NCBI GenBank assembly: GCA_951406725.2 | Contig: OX597830.1 | Coordinates: 41,664,001-41,728,000 of the forward strand | DNA from: Octopus vulgaris | Lineage: Eukaryota | Direction: 5' to 3' | Length of the DNA stretch: 64,000 bases | Shown: positions 55,718 to 64,000 of the stretch, piece after piece | Layout of the letters: every line of letters starts with the position of its first letter | Numbering within the stretch: position 1 is the first letter of the stretch | Translations under genes and position numbers: made by a program | The notes under the pieces: model-generated | Seen by the model: the letters and a program-made list of their open reading frames with translations, nothing else | Told to the model about the DNA's origin: nothing | Databases searched by the model: none

Positions 55718-58126
55718 GTATGTCTGTGTGTTTCTTTGTGTATGTGCTTCTCCCCCACTATCTCTTGACAACTAGTGTTAGTGTGCTTATGTCCCCATGA
55801 CTTAGCAGTTCAGCAAAAGAGACCTATAGAACAAGTACCAAACTTTACTGAAAATAAGTACTGGGGCCAATTTGTTTGACTAAAATTCTTCAGAACATTG
55901 CCCCACAACATGGCCGCAGTCTAATAATTGAAAGTGCACGTCTCTTGTATTTTAATTGTAATCAATTTTCCTTTTCCACTTATTTCATTGTGCAACACTT
56001 ATTGTTATTTGCTCTCACTACCATTCTCTGCATTCTTGTGCTCTCCTACAACTTTTTAATTTCAAACCTGAGTTCTCAGTAGGGAACCCTTTGTAGTGTC
56101 GCACAGATGCACCATATTGTGATCTCGCTGGCAGCCATCAGCTGCTCGAGACTGGAGCGAGATCTCACAAACTTCTGGTGGGCATGCACGATGAGACAGT
56201 AAGCCTTTCCAGAAGGATACCTATATAAGACAGCTCTTGAGCTTGTTCACTCTCTGTTCCCGCACGCCTCTCACACTAGAAGTAGCTCGTCTCACTAACA
56301 GCAACTCGCTGCCTCACACATACAACATGGTGGATGATACACTATGCTAGAAATGGTTAACGAGAGCCAAACTTCGAGCCAGTAAATAAATGTTATTCGA
56401 GCGCCTGTGCCAGTGGCACATAAAAAGCATCCACAGAGTGGTTTGTGTTAGGAAAAGCATCCAGCTGTTGAAACATTGCCAGATCAGACTGGAACCTGGT
56501 GCAGCCTTCTGGCTTCCCAGACCCCGGTCAAACCATCCAATCCATGCTAGCATGGAAAACGGACGTTAAATGACGATGATGATGATGATTTGTTATCTCA
56601 CTTTGTCTTCGACTTAATACTTCATTTGACTGGATTTAAATTTATAATGGGAGACACAAGATACCCTGTCAGTATCTTGGCCAACAATAGCCTCCCGTTA
56701 TAGAAGCAAAATATAAAATTGAAGGAATTAAAGACGTGAATTTTTAATATTTTTTTAAAATCCTAATTATAAATATGATAAACACATATCTAAAAGCTTA
56801 CCTCTGCAAAATTCTAAACTGATTGGAATGATTACATGTTTAAGAATTTAAGACAATTTTTGAGATAACATGTTTGCCAACTTGATTCCAAGTGAGATAT
56901 ATTCCAAAGTGAATTTGGTAGGTGGAAACTGTGGTAGCCTATTATGCATATATGCGTGTGTGTCTGTCTGTACACCTGTGTGTGTCAGTGTTTGTCCTCC
57001 CCACTGCTTGAAAATTATTACTGGTTTGTTTACACCTCTATAACCTTGCAGTTCAACAAAAGAGACTGTTAGAATAAATGGCAGACTTCAAAAAAAAAAA
57101 CAAGGTACTTGGATTGGTTTGTTTGACTAAACCCATCAAGGTAGTGCCACAGCATGACCACAGTCCAATACCTGAGACGAGTAAAAGGATACAACATTGG
57201 TGCTATGCTTCATCAACCTTGCTTTTTCCTTGGACACCATTTAGTGGAATGGAGAAGGGGAAACCTGCATCCATATTGAACTGCTGGTCTTTCACAAAAA
57301 TATTTTGTCTAGCTTGCACTTTGGAGAGAAGTTTTCCAGGTACAGAAATCTATGGCCGGCCATGACTGAAAGGGATCTTGGAATAGAAGAAAATTAGATG
57401 CAAATAAATTTGTTTCTTTAACATTCATTAAGGTTAAGAAAAAACATCCATGAAAAATATGTTAGAAACAATATTCAGCACATCTCAATACTTAATGAGA
57501 TATTTTGATGGATTTGGTTGGATCAGCATCATTTAACGTCCACTTTTCCGCGCTTGTATGGGTCAGACGAAATTTGTTGTGGCAGATTTTCTATTGTCAG
57601 ATATGTGTCCTGTTTCCAAGCAAAGTGATATCTCCCCATGACTGGATATGCTACCTTAGTAAACTGGAAATGGATGACACCTCTTGTATGATGGTGATGT
57701 TCGTTTACAGCCATCACATGATGTCAAAACGAGTACACAGACACACACACCCAAGCGCGCATGCACGTATACACACCCAAGTATACACACATACCCAGAC
57801 ACACACACACACATACACACACGCACACACATACACACACACACACACATACACACACACACACCCACACACACACACACACCCAGACATACACACACAC
57901 CCAGACATACACACACACCCAGACATACACACACACCCAGACATACACACACACACACACAGACAGACACACACACCCAGACATACACACACACACCCAG
58001 ACATACACACACACACACCCAGACATACACACACACACACAGACACACACACACACACACCCAGACATACACACACACACCCAGACATACACACACACAC
58101 ACCCAGACATACACACACACACACAG

Positions 58127-58168
<42 letters not shown>

Positions 58169-61100
58169 AGACATACACACACACACCCAGACATACACAC
58201 ACATACCCAGACACACACTTACATATATACAAGATGATGATAATACATGTATTAACTTTCCATGACACCATTGCTTTTCACCAGATCTTCCATCATAACA
58301 CTTATCAATCTTGTAAATAACCTCAACAAACGATAATCAATTTGTTTTTCCCTTTACCTTTTGAAACAGTACGGAGAGAACAAATCAAGGGCGACAACTA
58401 CGCAACACATCATCTGTTGGAGATGCATTTTGACGTTTGTTTGTTTGATTTAGTTCTTTACTTAGGTGTCGAAGGGGGAGAGGAGTAAATCTCTCACTCG
58501 CTCTCTCAAAATCTTTGTAACCCATCTCTGTAGGAAGATAGGGATTGCTTGCTGAAATTGTTATGGTTTGTATTTAGCTTAAACTCTTGTAGGTTAGTGA
58601 CCACAAGTAAAATGTTCTTCATCAAGAAGGATTGGCTCAAATATTTGATGTAGTTGAGGCAGGGTGGGGAATCAGGCTTTTCCAAACAGAGTAAGTTCGT
58701 TGAGGGATGATGGAAAAGGCAGATTTAATTGGAGTGGGGGTAACTTCAACTTTCTACAAGGTTTTTGTTTAGGATGGGCAGTTGTTTAGGACACGTGGGA
58801 TGGCCAGTTGCTGATTAGGTTACAGGATGTATGACAAAAAATTTCAGAACAAAGGATACTAAAATAAAGCAGAAGGACAAATATATAGTGCATGTGTTCA
58901 TTTAGCGAAAAAGAAAAAAGAAATTTCTAACTGATCATCCCAAAATATAACAATAGGTATATTAAGTATGAGCCAAATAAGGAAGTAACCACTTAGTCAC
59001 TTGACTCACCAATATGACAGCTGAATCTTCAATGGATCCCTTGTTGCCTTTAGACAAATATGAAACACAGCTGCAGTGTTTATGAAACATCTCTCATGTA
59101 CAATATATAATATAATATCAGAAACAAGGCATTGGAATGGCTGTGTGGTTAAGAAGCTCACTTTGAAACCACATTGTCTTAGGTTCAGTTCCACTGCACA
59201 GCACCTTGGAAAGGTGTCTTCTGTAATAACACTAGGCCTTATGAATGGTTTGGGATTCAGAAACTAAGTGGAAACCTGCCCCTTGTGTGTGTTTGTATTT
59301 GTCCCTCACAAGCACTTAACTGGTGCTGGTTTGTTTACATCCCTGTACTTAGCAGTTTGGCAAAAAAGATTGATAGAATAAGAACCAAACTTTAGAAGTA
59401 AGTATTGGGGTTGGTTTGTCCAACTAAACCCTTGAAGGGTGTTGACAGTGGTTCAATGACTGAAACAAATAAGAGAACCCCATGGCCATATCCATCTTAA
59501 ATATTCTGTTTTATGTTCAAATTGGTCAGGTCTGGCCTCTCACACCTACCTTACAATGTCATTCTAAAAATAAGCAATCACATCATTGAAATCTTGAAAC
59601 TACATGATAATGTCCAATTAATTCAAAACAATGTGATTAAACGAGCATTACATTTGACAGAATAATCTGTATGCTGAAGGGTTAAGATATGTACACTAAG
59701 TACCAGCAATATACTGGTGTTGGTTCTATTGATTAATCCACTCTTATGAAATTTGCTTTTTGTGCCTCTTCAGAATAAATCAATTATAACTCTTTTTCTT
59801 TCTCTAGGTCCTTTATCTGGAGCAACTGATGACAACTGGAGGTGGCTGGCAGGACCAAGTTGGGGGTTTATTAGGTGGTGTAACCCTGGGAAGTTCTTTG
59901 GCTAAAATACCATTGTTTATTGATTACAAACACATCAGTGTCACTCTAGATATCATAAAATTATTCAATCAAAGACTTGTACTTATTTACTCTGGAAAAA
60001 CAAGGCTTGCCAGAAATTTACTACAGGTTGTGTATTTTCAATATTCTCTTCTTTGTAATATTACAATTGCTGATTTCCCCATCTAAAAATGCTTTCTTTC
60101 TTTCTTATGGTTTTATTATAAGGATAAAAGATTGTTGAGAGAGTGGCTCCTATTTATTAGAACATGGATGTATTTGAACACAGGACCACGAGGCTTGGAG
60201 TTGTATCATCTAATGGTTTGAGATTGAAATCATCCTCAATTCCATAGAGTCCACTGGGTGCACTTGTAAGGTTACCTTGTGCCCTACTAGGCTAAAGGGT
60301 CCTTGCTATTTTAGGATGACAGAAGAACTAGGATGAGGGAAGAACAGTGATTAATTCTATTCATAAACATTTAAATTAGGAATATTTCTTTAACCGTTAG
60401 CTTCACATTTCTTTTTCTTGAAATAAATTCTTTGCTGATCAGTGTTATTATCGCAGTTTACAAATCCAAGCATGAAAATGTTACTCAACTTCAGAGTTTT
60501 TCACACACACACACACACATGAATGCATGAATGTACATATAAACTTATATATGAATACATACATGAAATTATATATTAATGATGTACACAAATACATGAC
60601 AGGTATACATAATACTGAAATACTCATAAATTAAACATATGCAGACAAATATATTAATATAACAAATTTTAAAAAATAATAAAAACATAATCAATGAATA
60701 GATAAAAGAAACAGTATGATGATACATGTTGATTTTATTAGGTATTTCTGTTTACTTAGAAACCTACAATGAACAAGTCATTTCAATGACACTAAACTAT
60801 AAATTTCACAGGGTACAACCTTAAAGTCGACACTGTTTCGCTAAATGCAAAACATTTCTGTCTCGCTATTGGATAAAAAACAATTTTTCCAATTTTTAAA
60901 CCTTTGTAAATCTTTCCTCCACAACATCATACCTTCATAGCAATAAGACTGGAAGACTACATTATCATAGCTGATTTTCAGATTTTTTTTACTTCCTTTT
61001 AAAAAATGCATGTTTTGCGAATCAGTTTGACTAGATCCACTTATTTATTTACATTGTTTTGAATTAATCATCATCATTTAACATCCATTGTCCATGCTGG

Positions 61101-63270
61101 AATGGGTTGGACCATTTGACCAGAGCTGGTAAGCTGAGAGGCTGCACCAGACTCCAGTCTGATTTGGATGGTTTCTATGGCTGGATGCTCTTCCTAAATC
61201 ATGCATTATATTCGTAGCTTTTGAGATTTCAATGATTTGACTTTACTTTTAGAATGACATTGTAGACAAGATGTGAAAGACTGAATCTGGTCAGTTTGAA
61301 GATAAAGCATGTCAAAGATTTTGGCCAGAGATCGCCAGTTTGAATACTAAGGAGCTGAAAGTTTAACAGTTTTTATTTTATTTTCAGAATGTTCTCCGTG
61401 AATGGTACGCTCGGAAACCTGGCATTGTTTCAACAATATATAATCTAAAACAATTAGCTCATGACTGTGCCACACACTTTAGCGAAGGTATGTTGTTTGT
61501 TTTATACAGGTTTCTTGAATAGTAGCAATAACATGTAACCTCTTTGATCAATGGAACTTTTATTTAAGACTTCCTCTATGTTTTCTTGAGCTTAGCTGTT
61601 TATTCTGAGGTTTGTTTCTTCAGGCTATTTCCTCATCTAAGATATGTTGCTGATTCAATACTTCAACACACTTACCTACCCCCTCACCTTTCCCATTGTC
61701 ATCTTGTATCTTGAAGGTGCCTGGCGAAATGCTTAACGGTATTTGGTCTGCCATTACGTTCTAAGTTCAAATTCCGCTGAGGTCGACTCTGCCTTTCACC
61801 CTTTCAGGGTCAATTAAATAAGTACCAGTTACGCACTGGGGTCGATGAAATCGACTTAATCCCTTTGTCTGTCCCCTCTGTGTTTAGCCCCTTGTTGGCA
61901 ATAAAGAAATGACAACCTGTTTTAGTGTCCCTACTATCATACTTTCACATCCCTAAATACTCTACTCCATTCAGTTGAGGGGGTCTTATCTTGCAAGTAC
62001 TTGGTGACCTCACTCACATGTGCTGGTAGCATGAAAAAAAGCACCAAGTACACTCTGTAAGCTGGTTGGCATTAGAAACAGCATCAAGCTGTAGAAACCA
62101 TACCAAAGCAGACAGTAAAGCTCAGTGCAGCCTTCTAGCTCAGCATGGAAAAAAAAAAAAAAGGATGTTAAGTGATGATATGTTTCAATTGATAAGTGAT
62201 ATCACCCTAAGACATCATCAACAACACAGCCAAGATGAAAAAAATTTTCTTCCTCCAGCACAAAAAGATCACCTGAAAACAATTGCATAGAATTCCAATT
62301 AAAATATTGATGAGGAAAATATTATAAAAAAACAAACACCACTTCATCTTCCTATACTTGTTTTATACAGAGCACAGACATAGCTGTGTAGTTGAGAAGT
62401 TCACTTCCCAACCACATGGTTCCAAGTTCAGTCTCACTGCATGGCACCTTGGGAAAATGTCTTCAACTTATAGTCTCTTGCCAATCCCTTATAAATAGAT
62501 CTGGAGATGAAAATTGACATCCCATGGTTTCACTTGTCACCATTTTGAGTGAATCAGTGATATGATGTTTACAATCCTTGTTGATTTTTTTCCTCTTGAA
62601 ATCTTATCAGCAGGCAAGGCTGTGTGGTTAAGAAGCTTGCTTCCCAACCTTGTGGTCTTGGGTTCAGTCCCACTGTGCATCAAGCATCTAGTATAGCTCC
62701 ACATTGTCCAAATCCTTGTGAGTCGATTTGGAAATTAAAAGAAGCCCAGTGTGTGTGTATGTGCTTGCCCTCATTCCCGTCAATGTTAAGACAACTGGTG
62801 TTGATTTTTTTTTTTTATGTTCTTGTAACTGAGCAGTTTTAGGAAAAGAAACGGAAACCTATAAAAAGCAACAGACTTGAAAAATACCAAGTTCAAATTG
62901 TTCAACTAAACCCTTCAAGGTGGTGCTCCAGCATGGTCACAAATGACTAAAAAAAATTTGTAACATTTCTCCTTTATAAAAACACAATCTTGTTATATTC
63001 TGTTACAATACATAAGTTAATTTAGTGAATTTCAAACTCTTTCAAGGTAATTTGGAATCTGTTGGTCAGTGCATAGACAAATACTGGACACTGAAGAAAA
63101 ACATGGCTCCTGGATGTGAACCAGCAGCTTTGAAAGAACTGATGGATATACTGCGACCATATAGCTATGGAATGAGTTTAGCTGGAGCAGGTGGAGGAGG
63201 ATTTTTCTATGCAATTCTTAAGGATTTAAGCATTAAAAGCCAACTTCAAACTATATTATCCTCAATAAAG
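10747..63270 (+). CDS. FCSK: L-fucose kinase (FCSK/FUK), 26 coding exons, 3' end outside window
   Basis: Exons splice in frame with GT-AG. The translation follows vertebrate FCSK as I remember it: [76 protein letters not shown] motif [29 protein letters not shown]. Confidence 0.97.
10857..11124. mobile_element. Palindromic Penelope-like short element with hammerhead-like motif
   Basis: About 120-nt arms in inverted orientation; hammerhead topology at 10992-11038. Confidence 0.65.
12228..12379 (+). CDS. FCSK: FCSK exon 2
   Basis: ttcag|(E)LDIRQAKG...[18 protein letters not shown]...KKGYT|gtaagg. Confidence 0.95.
12520..13745 (-). mobile_element. RTE LINE fragment, AP-endonuclease region
   Basis: [13 protein letters not shown] (GDFN-type motif), [41 protein letters not shown]. 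Confidence 0.88.
14496..14546 (+). CDS. FCSK: FCSK exon 3
   Basis: ttcag|[17 protein letters not shown]|gtaagt. Confidence 0.92.
16544..16669 (+). CDS. FCSK: FCSK exon 4
   Basis: ttcag|[18 protein letters not shown]...TITEN|gtaagt. Confidence 0.9.
16811..16856 (-). ncRNA. Minimal type I hammerhead motif in a Penelope-like terminal repeat fragment
   Basis: gacac CUGAUGA a gg..cc GAAA CG UU gtg; palindromic ACGU stem III; stem II degenerate. Confidence 0.6.
18798..18870 (+). CDS. FCSK: FCSK exon 5
   Basis: cacag|[24 protein letters not shown]|gtacgt. Confidence 0.93.
19556..20410 (+). mobile_element. Cluster of three family-A SINEs
   Basis: Copies at about 19556, 19950 and 20200, separated by (att)n/(cat)n tails. 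Further copies near 5100(-), 9262(+), 22220(-), 37626(+) and 61720(+). Confidence 0.88.
20447..20541 (+). CDS. FCSK: FCSK exon 6
   Basis: (T)n caag|(K)[31 protein letters not shown]|gtaagt. Confidence 0.92.
20838..21240 (+). mobile_element. tRNA-derived SINE family B (CORE-like), representative copy
   Basis: gtggctgtgtggtaagaagcttgct...ttcagttccactg...ccttgggcaagtgtcttc. Similar copies near 9810, 15930, 16900, 18955, 22540, 25030, 30360, 32090, 33880, 38940, 51845, 55495, 59128, 62610, 63305 and 63562, in both orientations. Confidence 0.85.
23077..23157 (+). CDS. FCSK: FCSK exon 7
   Basis: ttatag|[27 protein letters not shown]|gtaagt. Confidence 0.9.
23545..23880 (-). mobile_element. SINE family C (second copy 34265-34555)
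   Basis: Two similar copies: gaccatggg..ctagaaagttcccctc...ttgctcaagaa.acaa.acacagcc...gaactc. Confidence 0.75.
24443..24562 (+). CDS. FCSK: FCSK exon 8
   Basis: ctacag|[40 protein letters not shown]|gtataa. Confidence 0.94.
24638..24863. mobile_element. Palindromic Penelope-like element in (TA)n with two opposed hammerhead-like motifs
   Basis: Arms 24714-24783 / 24787-24863, each with ctgt CC(G/A)AT(G/A)A...GAAA ctc a gag TA aca. Confidence 0.7.
25358..25547 (+). CDS. FCSK: FCSK exon 9
   Basis: ttcag|[23 protein letters not shown]...[13 protein letters not shown]|gtacgt. Confidence 0.93.
26687..26820 (+). CDS. FCSK: FCSK exon 10
   Basis: tttag|(C)[18 protein letters not shown]...HSYID|gtaagt. 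Confidence 0.9.
27561..27722 (+). CDS. FCSK: FCSK exon 11
   Basis: ctacag|[48 protein letters not shown]...|gtaagt; beta-helix-like repeats. Confidence 0.92.
28527..28635 (+). mobile_element. Penelope-like terminal-repeat fragment next to (TA)n (second copy about 26080-26230)
   Basis: cttt CTGTCGA a gagc gtag gctc GAAA CG TA aaag. Confidence 0.65.
28873..28992 (+). CDS. FCSK: FCSK exon 12
   Basis: ttcag|[16 protein letters not shown]...[10 protein letters not shown]|gtaagc. Confidence 0.88.
29117..29462. mobile_element. Inverted-repeat Penelope-like element (related copy 23895-24200)
   Basis: Outer arms are inverted. It carries CTGAAGA g gttac at 29315 (+) and gaaga g gttac..gtgat GAAA gagt TC agac on the minus strand at 29226-29260. 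Confidence 0.55.
29532..29755 (+). mobile_element. Young family-A SINE with target-site duplication
   Basis: Exact 19-nt direct repeat aacaatgttgaacttctac at 29513 and 29756; CpGs retained. Confidence 0.92.
31302..31630 (+). mobile_element. Helitron-like non-autonomous element
   Basis: 5' tatataaga..tctgtctgtgtgtgt..ccgattgcgctcaaattt; 3' hairpin tccattgga then gctcgt. Confidence 0.5.
31785..31886 (+). CDS. FCSK: FCSK exon 13
   Basis: tgcag|[34 protein letters not shown]|gtaaat. Confidence 0.92.
32440..33618 (+). mobile_element. pogo/Tigger transposase remnant (DDE domain and C-terminus)
   Basis: WF...[48 protein letters not shown]; frameshifted. Confidence 0.92.
33692..33819 (+). CDS. FCSK: FCSK exon 14
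   Basis: tttag|[17 protein letters not shown]...EILWLLG...|gtaagg. Confidence 0.9.
34571..34968. mobile_element. MITE-like inverted-repeat element
   Basis: gttgaaagccttttaaactg / cagtttcaaaggctttcaac, with inner arms ttgctggatct..atttctgct / agcagaaatttagatccagcaa. Confidence 0.6.
35439..36980 (+). repeat. Head-to-tail array of 7 family-A SINE units (about 220 bp)
   Basis: Unit starts at about 35439, 35658, 35881, 36102, 36321, 36540 and 36763. Confidence 0.95.
37099..37176 (+). CDS. FCSK: FCSK exon 15
   Basis: ttcag|(K)[25 protein letters not shown]|gtaatt. Confidence 0.92.
38394..38536 (+). CDS. FCSK: FCSK exon 16
   Basis: ctcag|(R)[15 protein letters not shown]...MLKALDN|gtagga. Confidence 0.9.
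39633..41255 (-). mobile_element. RTE LINE, RT domain to 3' tail
   Basis: [45 protein letters not shown]; (gat)n tail at 39633. Confidence 0.94.
42276..42427 (+). CDS. FCSK: FCSK exon 17
   Basis: ttcag|(V)[22 protein letters not shown]...[20 protein letters not shown]|gtaact. Confidence 0.95.
42601..42976 (+). mobile_element. Non-autonomous Helitron
   Basis: A|TC start (tctctctatatataaa), subterminal cctgagcaacgccggg hairpin, CTAG|T end, no TSD. Confidence 0.85.
44714..44860 (+). CDS. FCSK: FCSK exon 18
   Basis: tttag|[49 protein letters not shown]|gtaaag. Confidence 0.95.
46742..46903 (+). CDS. FCSK: FCSK exon 19 (start of GHMP kinase domain)
   Basis: ttcag|FVEV...[26 protein letters not shown]...INGK|gtaagg. 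Confidence 0.96.
47120..47560 (-). mobile_element. CR1/L2-type LINE 3' end (more decayed + copy about 35050-35420)
   Basis: Minus strand reads [14 protein letters not shown]...[15 protein letters not shown]...SFK, a CR1 C-terminal signature. Confidence 0.75.
47720..48314 (+). repeat. Four-copy tandem repeat (153-155 bp) of a SINE 3' half
   Basis: Units at 47720, 47873, 48028 and 48183; a single related copy at about 49890-50030. Confidence 0.93.
48790..48824 (+). CDS. FCSK: FCSK exon 20 (35 nt)
   Basis: tatag|[11 protein letters not shown]|gtaagt; corresponds to vertebrate RPIGARARRI. Confidence 0.92.
49582..49670 (+). CDS. FCSK: FCSK exon 21
   Basis: tgtag|(N)PQIVIVYG...[10 protein letters not shown]|gtaata. 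Confidence 0.9.
50541..50678 (+). CDS. FCSK: FCSK exon 22
   Basis: tgcag|(G)ALIKAAF...[15 protein letters not shown]|gtaagt. Confidence 0.95.
54142..54236 (+). CDS. FCSK: FCSK exon 23
   Basis: catag|(G)[14 protein letters not shown]...KSLLHS|gtgagg. Confidence 0.95.
54333..54760 (+). repeat. RTE 3' UTR fragment with about 6 internal 50-70 bp repeats
   Basis: Repeated ggccaatgccagtgccacctgactggcac.taaaaagcaccatttgag, followed by the RTE tail; the same motif occurs at 8830-9110. Confidence 0.85.
56092..56395 (+). mobile_element. Solo-LTR-like segment
   Basis: Starts TGTAGTG; GC/CpG-rich; TATATAA at 56222 and AATAAA at 56385; the 3' end is replaced by an RTE tail. Confidence 0.55.
57742..58220. 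repeat. Compound (CA)n satellite with recurring cccagacatacac units
   Basis: Directly visible; it explains the HT/CV-rich ORFs. Confidence 0.97.
58590..58830 (-). mobile_element. Possible decayed Penelope GIY-YIG region
   Basis: Minus strand reads C....NCP, then KNLV.KVEVT after a frameshift, resembling the PLE C..CP...CL..N.VYK.V motif. Confidence 0.3.
59808..60026 (+). CDS. FCSK: FCSK exon 24
   Basis: tctag|[21 protein letters not shown]...[13 protein letters not shown]|gttgtg. Confidence 0.96.
61388..61487 (+). CDS. FCSK: FCSK exon 25
   Basis: ttcag|[16 protein letters not shown]...CATHFSE|gtatgt. Confidence 0.94.
63047..63270 (+). CDS. FCSK: FCSK exon 26
   Basis: tcaag|(G)[25 protein letters not shown]...[12 protein letters not shown]...SSIK|gtaagc. 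Confidence 0.96.
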
Positions 63271-63481
63271 GTAAGCAATTTGAAAGTTTGCTTTCTTGAA
63301 ATATTATGGTTTCAGGTTCAGTCCCACCGTGCAACACCTGAGGCAGAGGTCTTGTACTCTGGCCTCAGTCAAACCAAAGCCTTGTGAGTGGATTTGGCAG
63401 AGTGGAAATTGAAAGAAGCTTATTGTATGTAAGTATGTGCATGTATGTATATATATATATATATATACACATATATATATG

Positions 63482-63523
<42 letters not shown>

Positions 63524-63529
63524 TATATG

Positions 63530-63564
<35 letters not shown>

Positions 63565-63721
63565 GCACAGGAGTAGCTGTCTGGTTAGAAGCTTGCTTAC
63601 CAACCACATGGTTCAAGGTTCAATCCTACTGTGTGGCATCTTGGGCAGGTGACTTCTATAGCCACAGGCTGACCAAAGCCTTGTGAGTGGATCTGGTAGG
63701 CAGAAACTGAAAAAGTCTGTG

Positions 63722-63753
<32 letters not shown>

Positions 63754-64000
63754 ATGAATGAGAATAGATTTATATCCAGATAGAATTTTAGATTCTATCT
63801 GAACAATGCACTTGACACCACCCTAAAGAAGAGGCAACTAACAATAAGTGCACATAAAAATGCAAATTTTGCAGTGTGCATTAGTTGCTGCAGAAATGAA
63901 AAGAAGTAATTAACTGCTCAATAAAACTGAGGTTAGTAAATCAAATTAACTGGAGTTTTTTATTCACACATTGAGTTAGTTAGTATTAATAACTGGTAAA

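Noticed and set aside
57505-58320. Long His/Thr- and Cys/Val-rich ORFs
   Set aside because: They are translations of a (CA)n compound microsatellite.

Overview
AT-rich, repeat-dense animal genomic DNA. The SINE/LINE repertoire looks like octopus (recognised from memory, not searched). One + strand gene dominates: L-fucose kinase (FCSK/FUK). I traced 26 phase-consistent GT-AG coding exons from ATG 10747 to 63270 (3201 nt, 1067 codons); the last exon lies beyond the window. Introns and the upstream 10 kb hold tRNA-derived SINEs, RTE, CR1 and CRE LINE fragments, Tc1 and pogo/Tigger remnants, MITEs, Helitrons, a solo-LTR-like segment and microsatellites. A minus-strand gene may start near 3556. 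The most unusual signal is a set of short, often palindromic, Penelope-like intronic elements. They carry minimal hammerhead-ribozyme motifs, and different families show different non-canonical cores (G3-C8 swap, U4C, A6U). Also notable are a triplicated splice acceptor, a 7-copy chimeric SINE array and a duplicated exon/short-intron module upstream.
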